Positions 29,455 through 39,913 are shown, counted from the stretch's first letter. The stretch is 64,000 nt of DNA from an uncultured Gemmatimonadales bacterium (GCA_963771275.1 CAVYSW010000003.1:32001-96000), one strand, 5' to 3'. Numbers and translations are program-made. Notes: generated from the sequence alone by a model not told the origin.

Positions 29455-30679
29455 GGGTGGTCCCCGGGAAGTAGGCGTTGAGTATGGTCCGGGCGTCCTG
29501 GCCGGCGCGCGCGCGCCCGACGGCGCCCCACTGGCACAGCCCGACTCCGTGGCCCCATCCGCGGCCCTGCGCCACGAGCGAGGCGAGCGCGCCGTCCTGT
29601 TGCCGGGCCGCGAAGCGCACCGCGGACCCGCCGAGCGGTCGTCCCTCCGGCGTCTGGAACACGGCGCGCACCGCGTAGCCCGGCACCGGGATCTCGCCCT
29701 CGGCGATGCGGATGCGGACGTCGGTGGCCCGCCCCGAGGCGCCGGTGCGACGCACGTACACGTCGCGGAGCCCGGTTACCGCGCTCGAATCGATGCCGAG
29801 CACCGCCGGCACGGTGTGTCGTAATATATCGCGTAGCTGGGAGCCCTCCCACTCGACGGTCCACTGGAAGCGCGGCGAGATGTCGCAGTAGTGGCCACCG
29901 CCCGGCCGTGCGTCGGAGACGGCGCGCAGGTACGGCGCGCCACGGACCAACTGAAACGACTCCTCCGGGGTGGCGGTGGAGCCGCCGCAGGTCGAGTGGA
30001 AGAACGCGGTGATCGGGGTGCCGTGATACAGCAGCGCGAGGCCGGCCGTCGCGCGCACCGCCGCGATCCCCAGCTCGGTCTCGGCCGCGACCCCGCCGTA
30101 CAGCTGATCGCCGACGCCCGCCAGCAGGTCGTAGCCGTCCACCGCGTAGCGCCCGCGATTGCGCAGCGCGTAGGTCCGGGCGACCGTGGCCTGCGCCTCC
30201 AGCGCCGCCTGCTCGCTCGCCGCCCGGCGTCCCATCTCCGCGTTCACGACGCCCTGGAGATATTGCTCGAGCGGCAGCGCGTTCACCACCGTGATGCCGC
30301 CGGCCCGGGCGAACACCTCCACCGCCCCGCGGAACGGCCGCCCGTTCACGGTGACGTACCGCTCCGCCATGGTGCTGGCAAACGCAAGCTGCTCGAAGCG
30401 GCCCGGCGCCGCGCCGCCCGTGACGAACGCCGCGCCATCGGCCGCCAGCACGAGCGAGTCGCCCGGCTCGAGGCGGAGCGTCGGCACCCCGCGGGCGGCC
30501 CCGAGCGCCGAGCCCTGGGCGCCGATGATCACCTGAGTCGCCGCGCTGACGAGCGCCACGCGGACGATGGGCTCCGCGCCCAACGGCGCACGTGCCGCGG
30601 GGCGGGGGCACGCCGCCAGCGCGATGCTACCCGCGAGACCGACCGTCCAGCGCCACGGCCCGGAAATCGTAGTCCTCAT
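29438..30679 (-). CDS. SpoIID/LytB domain lytic transglycosylase, lipoprotein
   Basis: LAAC lipobox, VVNALPLEQYLQGVV.AEM, AQA..ARTY, FHSTCGG, GWGHGVGLCQWGA. Confidence 0.93.
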   Translation of the reverse strand: MRTTISGPWRWTVGLAGSIALAACPRPAARAPLGAEPIVRVALVSAATQVIIGAQGSALGAARGVPTLRLEPGDSLVLAADGAAFVTGGAAPGRFEQLAFASTMAERYVTVNGRPFRGAVEVFARAGGITVVNALPLEQYLQGVVNAEMGRRAASEQAALEAQATVARTYALRNRGRYAVDGYDLLAGVGDQLYGGVAAETELGIAAVRATAGLALLYHGTPITAFFHSTCGGSTATPEESFQLVRGAPYLRAVSDARPGGGHYCDISPRFQWTVEWEGSQLRDILRHTVPAVLGIDSSAVTGLRDVYVRRTGASGRATDVRIRIAEGEIPVPGYAVRAVFQTPEGRPLGGSAVRFAARQQDGALASLVAQGRGWGHGVGLCQWGAVGRARAGQDARTILNAYFPGTTLARAY

Positions 30680-31958
30680 TCCCCTCGATCCGCACCGGTA
30701 CGAGAGCACCGGGCGCGGCCCAACCGCCGCGCGCCACATACGTGACCCCGTCCACGTCGTCCGCCTGCCACGGCACCCGCCCGACGTGGGTGGCGTCCGT
30801 CGTGTCGGGATCGGTCACGTCGTCCACCAGCACCTCGGTTTCGCGCCCCACGAATCGCGCGAGGCGATCCTCCGTGATGGCCCGTTGGAGCTCGACCAGC
30901 TCGTCCTGGCGGGCGCGCTTGACGTCGTCGGGCACGTCGTCCTCCAGCGCCGCCGCCCGCGTCCCTTCCTGCGCCGAGTAGGCGAACACGCCCAGCCGAT
31001 CGAACGCCAGCTCCTCGGCGAAGCGGCAGAGCGTGCGGAAGTCGTCCTCGGTCTCGCCGGGGAATCCCACGATGGCCGTCGTGCGGATCACGAGATCCGG
31101 CATGGCGCGGCGCAGCCGCTCCACGGTCGCGCGAATCGTGTCCTGACGCTCCGGGCGGCGCATCCGCTCGAGCACACGATCGGCGGCGTGCTGGATCGGG
31201 ATGTCGAGGTAGGGGGTGATGCGCGGCTCCGTCGCCATCAGGGTCACCACACGGTCGGTGAGCCCCGCGGAATAGACGTACAGCAGGCGGAACCAGGGCA
31301 CCGCCGTCTCACGCAGCAACGCGGCCAGCAGATCGGGCAGCGCGGGCGCCCCGCGGCCGAGGTCGCGGCCGTAGTGTCCCAGGTCCTGCGCGACGAGATT
31401 GATCTCCCGGGCGCCCTGCGCCTCGAGCTGCTGCGCCTCGCGCACCAGGCGCTCGAGCGGCTCGGAGCGGTGCTTGCCCCGCATCAGCGGGATGGCGCAG
31501 AAGGCACAGGTGTGGTCGCAGCCCTCGGAGATCTTGAGGTAGCGCACGTGCGGCCCCTCGCCGAGATAGGCACGCACGCCGGGGTGCGCCGCGATCGGGT
31601 CGGCGATCAGGCCGCGGGCGGCCAGCTCGGGGGCGAGCTTGTGGAGCTCGCCAAACCCGAGAAACAGGTCCACCTCCGGTAGCTCCCGCCGCAGCTCCTC
31701 CTGATAGCGCTGCACGAGGCACCCGACGGCGACGACCGCCTTGACGCGCCCGGTGCGCTTCAGCGCCGCGGCGTCGAGCATCGCCTCGATGGACTCGCGC
31801 TTGGCCGCGTCGATGAACCCGCAGGTGTTGACCAGCACCACGTCCGCGGTTTCCAGCTCGCGCACGACGTGCGCGCCGTGTCCGACCAGCTCACCGACGA
31901 GCCGCTCGGAATCCACCGTCGCCTTGTCGCAGCCAAGGGAAATGACGCCCAGACGCAT
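30627..31958 (-). CDS. rimO: Ribosomal protein S12 methylthiotransferase
   Basis: SLGCDK..VDSE, NTCGFI, GC; radical SAM CDHTCAFC; C-terminal TRAM domain. Confidence 0.96.
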   Translation of the reverse strand: MRLGVISLGCDKATVDSERLVGELVGHGAHVVRELETADVVLVNTCGFIDAAKRESIEAMLDAAALKRTGRVKAVVAVGCLVQRYQEELRRELPEVDLFLGFGELHKLAPELAARGLIADPIAAHPGVRAYLGEGPHVRYLKISEGCDHTCAFCAIPLMRGKHRSEPLERLVREAQQLEAQGAREINLVAQDLGHYGRDLGRGAPALPDLLAALLRETAVPWFRLLYVYSAGLTDRVVTLMATEPRITPYLDIPIQHAADRVLERMRRPERQDTIRATVERLRRAMPDLVIRTTAIVGFPGETEDDFRTLCRFAEELAFDRLGVFAYSAQEGTRAAALEDDVPDDVKRARQDELVELQRAITEDRLARFVGRETEVLVDDVTDPDTTDATHVGRVPWQADDVDGVTYVARGGWAAPGALVPVRIEGNEDYDFRAVALDGRSRG

Positions 31959-32005
31959 GGGAGGTGAATATACCCCTGTAGCGGGGCGGGCCGGGACCCT
32001 GAGGA

Positions 32006-32088
32006 GGGAAACGTGAGCAGTGAAAAGTGAAAAGGGGCCCGCTGGCCCCCGTTCCCGCTATACACGTTACGCTGCGCGCTGCGCGCTC
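32006..32088. repeat. Period-7 repeat tract with central hairpin
   Basis: gggaaac gtgagca gtgaaaa gtgaaaa, then GGGGCC-cgct-GGCCCC, then tacgctg cgcgctg cgcgctc. Confidence 0.65.
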
Positions 32089-32944
32089 ACATCAAGAAGC
32101 TCTCCAGCGCCCGGGCCCGGCTCACGTGGCGCAGGCGGGCGAGCGCCTTCTCCTTGATCTGCCGGACGCGCTCCCGCGTGATGCCGAGCATGCCGCCGAT
32201 CTCCTCGAGGGTCATCGGCTCCTGGCCGTCCAGGCCGAAGTAGAGGCGCAGGATGCGCGCCTCGCGCTCCTTCAGCGTGGACAGCACCTCCTCGATCGAC
32301 TCGGTGAGGGCATGCTCGAACGTCTCGTCGTCCGGTCCCGGGTTCTGGGTGTCCGGCAGGTAGTCGAGCAGCTTGTTGTCCTCTCCCGGCGTGAGCGGCG
32401 CGTCGAGCGAGAGGTGGCTCTGGGAGATCGAGAGGGTCTTGGCCACTTCCTCCTGGGAGATGTCCATTCCCTCGGCGATCTCTTCCACGGTCGGCTCCCG
32501 GCCCAGCTCCTGCAGCAGGGCGGACGAGCGCTTGCCGATGCGATGCAGCGTGCCGGCGCGGTTCAGCGGCACGCGCACGATGCGGCTCTGCTCGGCAAGC
32601 GCCTGGAGGATGGCCTGCCGGATCCACCACACCGCGTACGAGATGAACTTGATGCCCTTGGTCTCGTCGAACTTGTGGGCCGCGCGGATCAGCCCGAGGT
32701 TGCCTTCGTTGATCAGGTCCGACAGGCTGACGCCCTGATTCTGGTATTTCTTGGCGACCGACACGACGAAGCGGAGGTTGCTGCGGACGAGCTTGTCGAG
32801 CGACTCCTCGCAGCCCTGCTTGATGCGACCCGCCAGGTCGACCTCGTCCTCACGAGTGATCAGCGGATACTGACTGATCTCGCGGAGGTACTGGTCGAGC
32901 GAGCCTTCGTCCGACGAGATCCTGCGAGCCGAGTTCATTCGCAT
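32087..32944 (-). CDS. rpoD: RpoD/SigA-family sigma factor lacking region 1.1 (FCB/Bacteroidota-type)
   Basis: LDQYLREI, NLRFVVSVAKKYQNQG, DLINEGNLGL, KFISYAVWWIRQAILQALAEQSRIVRVPLN, TRERVRQIKEKAL; 285 aa. Confidence 0.93.
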   Translation of the reverse strand: MRMNSARRISSDEGSLDQYLREISQYPLITREDEVDLAGRIKQGCEESLDKLVRSNLRFVVSVAKKYQNQGVSLSDLINEGNLGLIRAAHKFDETKGIKFISYAVWWIRQAILQALAEQSRIVRVPLNRAGTLHRIGKRSSALLQELGREPTVEEIAEGMDISQEEVAKTLSISQSHLSLDAPLTPGEDNKLLDYLPDTQNPGPDDETFEHALTESIEEVLSTLKEREARILRLYFGLDGQEPMTLEEIGGMLGITRERVRQIKEKALARLRHVSRARALESFLM

Positions 32945-33157
32945 ACGGTCGACACCCCTCCCCCCTGCGCCGCCCTCAGAAGTGGTCGTCCGGGAACATC
33001 ACGCAGAGGTCGGCACGACACACGACGCCGCCGTGGAAGGCGGCGGCGGCGAATTCAGCACGGAGTTGGAGCGGCGCAGCTGGCGCGCACGCGGACACCG
33101 CGTGACACCACAGCCCGTCGGCGGAAATGGGGAGCGATCCCTGCATGCCGTCTTAGG

Positions 33158-33406
33158 TTACCCACGCCCCGGAAGCGGCGCAATGGTCACCGACCACCCC
33201 CGCCCCCCGGCCCAGCGTCCCAGGGCCGCCCGAACCGCCGCCCGGGACTCGGTGTGGGCGATGGTGGCCGCCGCGCAGGCGGCCGAGGCGCTCCAGGCGA
33301 ACTCCGCGCGCACGATGCGTCCGACCGGGAGATCCGCGAGAGCGGCGAGATCGAGCCGGGCGCCACGCGCGCTCAAGATCACGGCGATCGACGTGTCCTC
33401 GGGCAT
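33158..33406 (-). CDS. Small hypothetical protein
   Basis: 82-aa ORF co-oriented with its neighbours and with protein-like composition; no motif recognised. Confidence 0.4.
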   Translation of the reverse strand: MPEDTSIAVILSARGARLDLAALADLPVGRIVRAEFAWSASAACAAATIAHTESRAAVRAALGRWAGGRGWSVTIAPLPGRG

Positions 33407-33488
33407 GCCGGACGCTACGCCCGGAGCGGCGCCCGACCGAGGCCGTTTCTACGCGGGGGCCACCATCCCGTTGCGCGCGTGACGCCGC

Positions 33489-34853
33489 TCAGGCCTCGGC
33501 GGCGCGCGTGAGTCCGTACTTCTCGATCTTTTTGTAGAGGTTGCTGCGGGGCATCTCCAGCCGGCGCGCGGTCTCACTCACGTTCCAGTCGTTCTCCGCG
33601 AGCTTGGCGACGAGGAACGCCTTCTCCGCCTCGAGCTTGAAGCTCTCGAAGGTCTGGCAGCCCGCGAGGTCGCCAATCGCCGAGTCCGCCGCCTCGCGCA
33701 CGATGCGACGCACGTCGGCCACCGAGACCGTATCGCCCGGCGTGAGGATGAGGAGGCGTTCCGCCGCGTTGCGCAGCTCGCGCACGTTCCCCGGCCAGTC
33801 GCGTTCCTGCAGCGCAGCCAGCGCCTCCGGGTGGAAGGTCTTGCGCGGCAACCCGTCGAGCTGGACGAGCTCGGCCACGAACCGCTCCACCAGCAGGGGG
33901 ATGTCCTCCCGCCGGGCGCGGAGCGCCGGGATCGCGATCGGCACCACGTTCAGCCGGTAGAACAGATCTTCGCGGAACCGGCCCGCCGCGATTTCGGCGC
34001 TGAGCGCCTTGTTCGTCGCGGCGATCACCCGCACATCCACGCGCACCGACTTGGCGGCGCCGATGCGCGTCACGACCCCCTCCTGCAACGCGCGCAGCAC
34101 TTTGGCCTGCGCGGCGAGGCTCATGTCGCCCACTTCGTCGAGAAACAGCGTTCCCCCGTCGGCCTGCTCGAACTTGCCGGCGTGGTCGGCGAACGCGCCG
34201 GTGAACGAGCCCTTCATGTGCCCGAACAGCTCGCTCTCGATCAGCTCGCCGGGGATCGCGGCGCAGTTCACCTCGACGAACGGCTTGTCCCGGCGGGGAG
34301 ACTGCCGGTGGAGGGCCCGCGCGACGAGCTCCTTGCCACTCCCGTTCTCGCCCTCGATCAGCACCCGCGCCGCGGTGGGGGCGACCTTCGCGACCGTCGC
34401 CAGCACCTCGCGAATCGCGCGGCTCTCTCCGACGATCGCGTAGCGGTCTTCAACGCCGGCGCGCAGGCGCCGGTTCTCGGTCTCGAGATTGAGATGCCGC
34501 AGCGCGTTCCGCAGCGTGAGCAGCACGCGGTCCGTGTCGAGCGGCTTCTCCAGAAAGTCGTAGGCGCCGAGTTGCGTGGCTTCGACCGCGGTCTGAATGG
34601 TGCCGTGGCCGGAGATCATGACCACCTGCGCCGCCGGATCGAGCTGCCGCAGCTTGGCCAGGGTGGCCAGGCCGTCCAGGCCCGCCATCTTCACGTCGAG
34701 GAACACGAGATGCGGGTGGAACTCGGGATATGCGGCCAGCGCGTCCACGCCCGAGGCGACCGTCCGGACCTCGATCTCCTCATACTCGAGCAGCTGGCGC
34801 ATCGCCTCGCGCACACCCGACTCGTCGTCCACCACCATCACGCGTCTCGGCAT
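33489..34853 (-). CDS. Sigma54-dependent response regulator (NtrX/NtrC-like)
   Basis: REC (VVDDE, LDVKM, ISGHG, EKP); AAA+ GENGSGKE, ESELFGH.KGSFTGA, REDLFYRLNV, WPGNVREL; Fis HTH. Confidence 0.95.
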   Translation of the reverse strand: MPRRVMVVDDESGVREAMRQLLEYEEIEVRTVASGVDALAAYPEFHPHLVFLDVKMAGLDGLATLAKLRQLDPAAQVVMISGHGTIQTAVEATQLGAYDFLEKPLDTDRVLLTLRNALRHLNLETENRRLRAGVEDRYAIVGESRAIREVLATVAKVAPTAARVLIEGENGSGKELVARALHRQSPRRDKPFVEVNCAAIPGELIESELFGHMKGSFTGAFADHAGKFEQADGGTLFLDEVGDMSLAAQAKVLRALQEGVVTRIGAAKSVRVDVRVIAATNKALSAEIAAGRFREDLFYRLNVVPIAIPALRARREDIPLLVERFVAELVQLDGLPRKTFHPEALAALQERDWPGNVRELRNAAERLLILTPGDTVSVADVRRIVREAADSAIGDLAGCQTFESFKLEAEKAFLVAKLAENDWNVSETARRLEMPRSNLYKKIEKYGLTRAAEA

Positions 34854-35521
34854 CAGTGTGTCCGTCGGTAGAACGTCACGCCGTCTCCCCGGATCCGCAC
34901 GGCCCCCACGGTCTCCGGCACCGCGATCGGGATGCTCCCGTCGGTCCCCCCGGTGATCGCATTCACCAGCCGCGGCACCAGCGACGCCGGAAAGGGAAAG
35001 TCGCGCACGGCAAACTCCTCGGGTCGCCACGCGACCACGCCGGGGCGCGCCACCACCGCGCCGCCGATCATCCGCAGCGGCTCGCGCGGCGCGAGTACCC
35101 CCGCCAGCGGCCCCAGCAGCTCCCGGCCCAGGCGCTCCGTCCGCACCTGCGCCGTGAGCGTGAAGCGTTCCGGCTCGAGCACCACCGCGAGCGAGTCGAG
35201 CGACGCGCGCGCGCGCGCGTCCAGCCCGTCGGCCACCAGGGCCGCCAACTCGGCGGCGGAGAGCACCACCGAATCCGGCCCGTCACGCCGCGCCATCCGC
35301 GCCTCCGCGCGGCGCGCCGCCCGCAGGGCCGCCTCGGTCGGCACGCCGATCGAGCGGGTGGTGTCGCGCGCCGCCCCGTGCAGCACTCGCGCGACGACGG
35401 CGCGCGTCGCGCCCCCCAGCTGGCTGCGATACTGGTACGCCACGACCCCGCCCAGCACCAGCAGCGTGGCGCACCCCACCGAGGCGAGCAGGGTGCGGAC
35501 GCAGCCCCCGCCGCCGCTCAC
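34853..35521 (-). CDS. Hypothetical single-TM membrane-anchored protein
   Basis: N-terminal TM; translationally coupled between thpR and the response regulator. Confidence 0.7.
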   Translation of the reverse strand: MSGGGGCVRTLLASVGCATLLVLGGVVAYQYRSQLGGATRAVVARVLHGAARDTTRSIGVPTEAALRAARRAEARMARRDGPDSVVLSAAELAALVADGLDARARASLDSLAVVLEPERFTLTAQVRTERLGRELLGPLAGVLAPREPLRMIGGAVVARPGVVAWRPEEFAVRDFPFPASLVPRLVNAITGGTDGSIPIAVPETVGAVRIRGDGVTFYRRTH

Positions 35522-36081
35522 GCCCCCTCCGCGAGCACGGCCGCATGCCGCACGGTGTAGCGCGCGCCGGCCGGGGAGAGCGCGCTCTCCATCAGGTCGA
35601 CCGACCGGACCACGATTTCCCCGTGATACACGAGCCGCGCCAGCGGTTCCGCCAGCCCTGTCACCCCGTTCCGGGCATCCCGTTTGGCGCGCCCCAGGGT
35701 GAGGTGCGGGCGGAACGGCCGGCCCTCGAGCGGGAAGCCGAGGGCCGCGAGCTCCCGCTCGACGTCATGTTGCAGAAGCTCGAGCGCCGGCACGGCTTCA
35801 CAGGCCAGCCACACGACGCGCGCATGCGACTCCGAGGGAAAGGCCCCGAACCCGCTGATGGGGAGGGTGAACGCGCGGGCGCGTCCCGCGGCGCGCTCGA
35901 CACCCGCCGCCAGCTCGCTCAGCCGATCCGCCGCCACCTCACCGAGGAACTTCAGCGTGAGGTGGACGCCCGCGGCCTCGACCCATTTCACGGGAAGACC
36001 GAGCCGGCGCACCGGCTCCGTGGCCCGCAGAATGGCGCGCCGCACGTCGTCCGGGAGGTTGAGGGCGACGAAGAGCCGCAC
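35518..36081 (-). CDS. thpR: RNA 2',3'-cyclic phosphodiesterase (2H phosphoesterase)
   Basis: RLFVAL; two HxT motifs (HLTLKFLG, FRPHLTLGR). Confidence 0.93.
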   Translation of the reverse strand: MRLFVALNLPDDVRRAILRATEPVRRLGLPVKWVEAAGVHLTLKFLGEVAADRLSELAAGVERAAGRARAFTLPISGFGAFPSESHARVVWLACEAVPALELLQHDVERELAALGFPLEGRPFRPHLTLGRAKRDARNGVTGLAEPLARLVYHGEIVVRSVDLMESALSPAGARYTVRHAAVLAEGA

Positions 36082-36084
36082 CCG

Positions 36085-36909
36085 TCACTCCCGCGCCGCG
36101 AGCACCACGACGGCGTCGCTGCGGTCGGCGAGCAGGCTTCCCCGCCGGTACCCTCCGAGGTCGAGCGTGATCCGGGCAAAGCCGAGTGCCAGGAGCGGCC
36201 CGGCGATCCGGTCGATGGCGCCGCGCACGACGGCGAGCTCCGACGGCTGCACCTCGATGCGCGCCTCGTCGCCGCGGTGCCGCACGCGCAGGTCGCCGGT
36301 GACCCCGAGCCCGCGCACGAGCGCTTCGGCCCGCTCCACCTGGCGCAGCCGCGCGGGTGTCACGCTGAGGCCATAGCGGATGCGGCTCGCGAGGCAGGGC
36401 GCGGCCGGCGCGGCCCAGATCGGGATGCCGAGCGCGCGCGCCTCGCGCCGAACGGCGTTCTTGTCGTAACCCGCCTCGGCGAGCGGCGCGCGGATGCCGC
36501 GCTCGTCCGCCGCACGGAGGCCCGGACGATGATCCCCGAAGTCGTCGACATTGGTGCCGTCGGCCACCGCGGCGAGCCCACGCTCCGCCGCCACCTCATG
36601 CAGCCGGGCCCACAGCTCGCGCTTGCAGAAGTAGCAGCGGTCCGGCGCGTTGGCGACGTATCCGGGCTGCTCAAGCTCGTGCGTCGCGAGCTCGAGCAAC
36701 GGCACGTCGAACTGCTCCGCCAGCTCGCGCGCGCGCCGGTGCTGCTCCTCCGCGAGGGACGGACTCACCCCGAGCACGGCGAGCATCCGCCCACGGCCCA
36801 GCACGCGCCGGGTCCGGACGGCGAGCAGCGCGGAGTCCACGCCGCCCGAGTACCCGATCAGGAGCGACGGGAACCCCGCGAGGATGCGGTCCAGCACCTC
36901 GGACGACAT
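36085..36909 (-). CDS. larE: LarE-family ATP-dependent sulfur transferase
   Basis: PP-loop YSGGVDS, NAPDRCYFCK, DGTN.DD...HRPG, PCLASRI.YG. Confidence 0.92.
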   Translation of the reverse strand: MSSEVLDRILAGFPSLLIGYSGGVDSALLAVRTRRVLGRGRMLAVLGVSPSLAEEQHRRARELAEQFDVPLLELATHELEQPGYVANAPDRCYFCKRELWARLHEVAAERGLAAVADGTNVDDFGDHRPGLRAADERGIRAPLAEAGYDKNAVRREARALGIPIWAAPAAPCLASRIRYGLSVTPARLRQVERAEALVRGLGVTGDLRVRHRGDEARIEVQPSELAVVRGAIDRIAGPLLALGFARITLDLGGYRRGSLLADRSDAVVVLAARE

Positions 36910-36976
36910 GCGCAGAATATACGCACGGCGGCTGGGTGGGTCGCGCCGCGATCCCGCGCGCCGTACATTCGGGAGC

Positions 36977-39452
36977 ATGGCGCTCCTCCCAGCCGATCGC
37001 GCGCGCCGCGCTGCGCTGCTCAGCGCGGGAACCACGCTGCTGGCCCTCGGCGTGCTGGGGTTGGTGGCGGACCGCGAGTTCGCGCGGCTCGCGCGCGCGC
37101 GCCAGCGCGTGACCACCGAGTCGCAGGTCCATCCCACCCAGCAGGCCCTGGAGCAGGCCCTCGCGCGGCGCCTCGAGGTCCTGCCCGCCATGCGGGCGTT
37201 TCTCGAAGCGGGCCCGCCCGGCACCGACGTGCGGGACGACCTGGACGCGTTCGCCGACGGCCTGCACGCCAGCGATCGAGGGCGTCCGGACGCTGCAGTA
37301 CGTGCGCGGCGGCGTGATCCGCTACACATCGCGGCCCTCGGACAACCGCGGCGTGCTGGGCTACAACCTGCTCGCCGACCCGCGCCCGGAAATCCGCCGG
37401 GACGTGCTGCGCGCAATGGGGGCGCAGAGCATCGTGCTGTCCGGTCCGATCGAGCTGCTGCAGGGCGGCACCGGTCTCGTCGCGCGGCTCGCCACGTTTC
37501 GACGGACGGACCCCCGGTTCGGCCTGGTGGCGGTGGTCATGGACCTCGCGCCGCTATTCGAGGAGGCCGGGCTCGCCGACACCGCGGACGGGTTCCGCAA
37601 GGCGGTGCGCGACAGCACGGGCACGGTGCTGTTCGGGCCGCCGGACGTGTTCGCCGGCGACCCGGTCACCGTCGCGGTGACGCTGCCGGACCGCGCGTGG
37701 TACCTCGGGGCCGTGCCGTTGCGCGGCTGGGCGAGCGGCGGCGTCGCGCTGTGGGGTGGCCGCGCCGGGCTCGCGATCATCGCGCTGCTCGGTGTCCTGC
37801 TCGCCGGCTCGCTCGGCGGCCGCCAGACGCGGCTCCGCGAGGCGGTCGCCGCGCGGACCGGGGAGCTGTCGCGGGCGAACGCGGAGCTCGCGACCCGGGT
37901 CGAGGAGATCCGGGTGGCCGACCAGGCGCTGCGCGAGCAGCACATGCTCGTCCGGGCGGTGGTCGAAGGCTCGCCCGACCTCGTGCTGGTCAAGGACCTC
38001 ACGGGCGCATACGTCCTCGCCAACGATGCCGCGGCCCGGGCCATCGGACGACCGGTCCACGAGGTCATCGGCCACACCCCGGAGGAGCTGTTCCCCGCCG
38101 CCTTCGCGCAGGACGTGCAGCAGGCGGACCGCGAGGCGCTCGAGCGACGCGGTCCGGTGAGCCGCGAGCGCCGGCTCCGGATCGGCGACGAGGAACGCAC
38201 ACTCCTGCTGGTGCTGCACCCCTGGTTCGACGCGCAGGGGGCACCGGCCGGCACCGTCACCGTCGCGCGCGACCTCACCGAGCGCCTGTTGCTGGAAGCG
38301 CAGCTGCGCCACGCCCAGAAGCTCGATGCCCTCGGCCGCCTGTCGGGGGGGATCGCGCACGATTTCAACAACCTGCTCACCGCGATTCTCGCCAACGCGC
38401 ACCTGATTGCGGAGGCGATCCCGGAGACGCAAACCGAGGTGCGCGGCGACATCGGGGAGATCATGGCCGCGGCGCAGCGTGGCGCCGACCTGACCCGCAA
38501 GCTCCTCGCCTTCGGCCGCCGCGAGCTGCTCGAGCGCCGGCCGATCGACCTCACCGCGGTGCTCGCCGAGAACGCGGCGATGGTGCGGCGGTTGGTTCCC
38601 GAGCCGATCGACATCCAGCTCGACGTGCCGCACAAACCCGTGACGGTCCGCGCCGATCAGGGCGCGGTGGGACAGATCCTGCTCAACCTCGTGACCAACG
38701 CCCGCGATGCCATGCCGGGCGCCGGGCGGCTCGAGATCCGGCTGACCGAGGTCGAGCGCGACGGCCGCGGGGCGGCCCGGCTCACGGTGCGGGACACGGG
38801 CGTCGGCATGGATGAGGCGACCCGGGCGCACGTGTTCGAGCCGTTCTTCACCACCAAGCCGTCCGGGCAGGGCACCGGGCTCGGCCTGTCGATCGCCTAC
38901 GGCCTGGTGCAGCGACACGACGGCACAATCGCGATCGAGAGCGCGCCGGGCGCCGGCACGACCGTGTCCATCGAGCTGCCGCTCGCGGAGCCGGGGCCCG
39001 AGGCGGCGCCGGCGCCGCTGGCCGGGGCACCGGCCGGGCGGTCGGAGATGATCCTGATCGTCGAGGACGAGGCCGCGATCCGCAGCACGCTGGGGCGCCT
39101 GCTCGAGCGCACCGGGTACCGCGTGCTCACGGCAACGGATGGCGAGGTGGGTCTCGAGATTCTGAAGCGGCGTCCCGACGTCGCGCTCGTGATCAGCGAC
39201 GTCGTGATGCCGCGCATGGGCGGTGCCGAGCTGGCGCGGCGCGCGCGCCGGCACGGCGTGCAGGTCCCGTTCCTCTTCACCACCGGCTACCCTGGCGGAC
39301 GGACCTCGGGGGAGGCCGCCGAGCCGCTCGCGGGCCGGGTACTCACCAAGCCATGGCTGCCCGACGCGCTCCTCACTACGGTGCGCCAGCTGCTCGACGA
39401 CGCGCACCCGGGGGTCACCGCGGGCGGGAGCGAGCAGGCCCCCGAACCGTGA
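36977..39452 (+). pseudogene. Hybrid sensor histidine kinase (CHASE-PAS-HisKA-HATPase-REC) with a +1 frameshift near 37274
   Basis: Frame 1 (ATG 36977: TM and CHASE start) joins frame 2 (IEGVRTLQYVRGG...GIAHDFNNLL...NLVTNARDAM...FFTTK..GQGTGLGL...REC) if one base at 37271-37274 is removed. Confidence 0.85.
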
Positions 39453-39800
39453 CGGGAAGGGCCCGCACCCGGCGGGCGATGGCGCGCGCCGGCGTCGGCC
39501 TCACGCTGCTCGCCGCCTGCAGCCACACCGAACCGTTCACGCCGGAAACGCCGCGTCGCAGTGCCTCAGCGCCAGCTCGCCTTCGTCTGGCAGCGGGGAG
39601 CCCCGCTCAGCGTCCGGGCGTGGACGCGCCATCTGACCGTCGCGCCGATCGACTCGCCGGCCCAAGGCCGCCAGACCATACTCGCCGGTTGGGCGTCGGC
39701 TCAGCGGTACGACCGCACTACTGACAGCGCCACAACGTCAGTCAATCTCGGGGCGGCCCCGCACCATTTGTTTCAATATGCAACGAACCGTCGATGCCCC
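39449..39800 (+). pseudogene. Degraded lipoprotein gene remnant
   Basis: Signal peptide and lipobox (GVGLTLLAAC-SHTEPFTPE) followed by a frame switch to QLAFVWQRG...; no coherent full ORF. End coordinate approximate. Confidence 0.4.
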
Positions 39801-39913
39801 TGTCCAGCAACGACTTGTGCCGCCTTGCGCCAGAATGACCTCCGGGCCCCCTTGTCCTCGGCGATATATTCCCCCGTGAGCGCAGGCAGCCTGAAACCCT
39901 AAGTTGTTACGCC

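Noticed and set aside
31959..31967. GGGAGGTGA Shine-Dalgarno-like sequence on the plus strand
   Set aside because: No start codon or ORF follows; it lies between the rimO -10 element and ATG on the other strand and is probably coincidental.
32982..33482. 166-aa plus-strand ORF between the sigma factor and NtrX-like gene
   Set aside because: Ala/Arg-rich, no RBS or motif; the overlapping minus-strand 82-aa ORF looks more protein-like.
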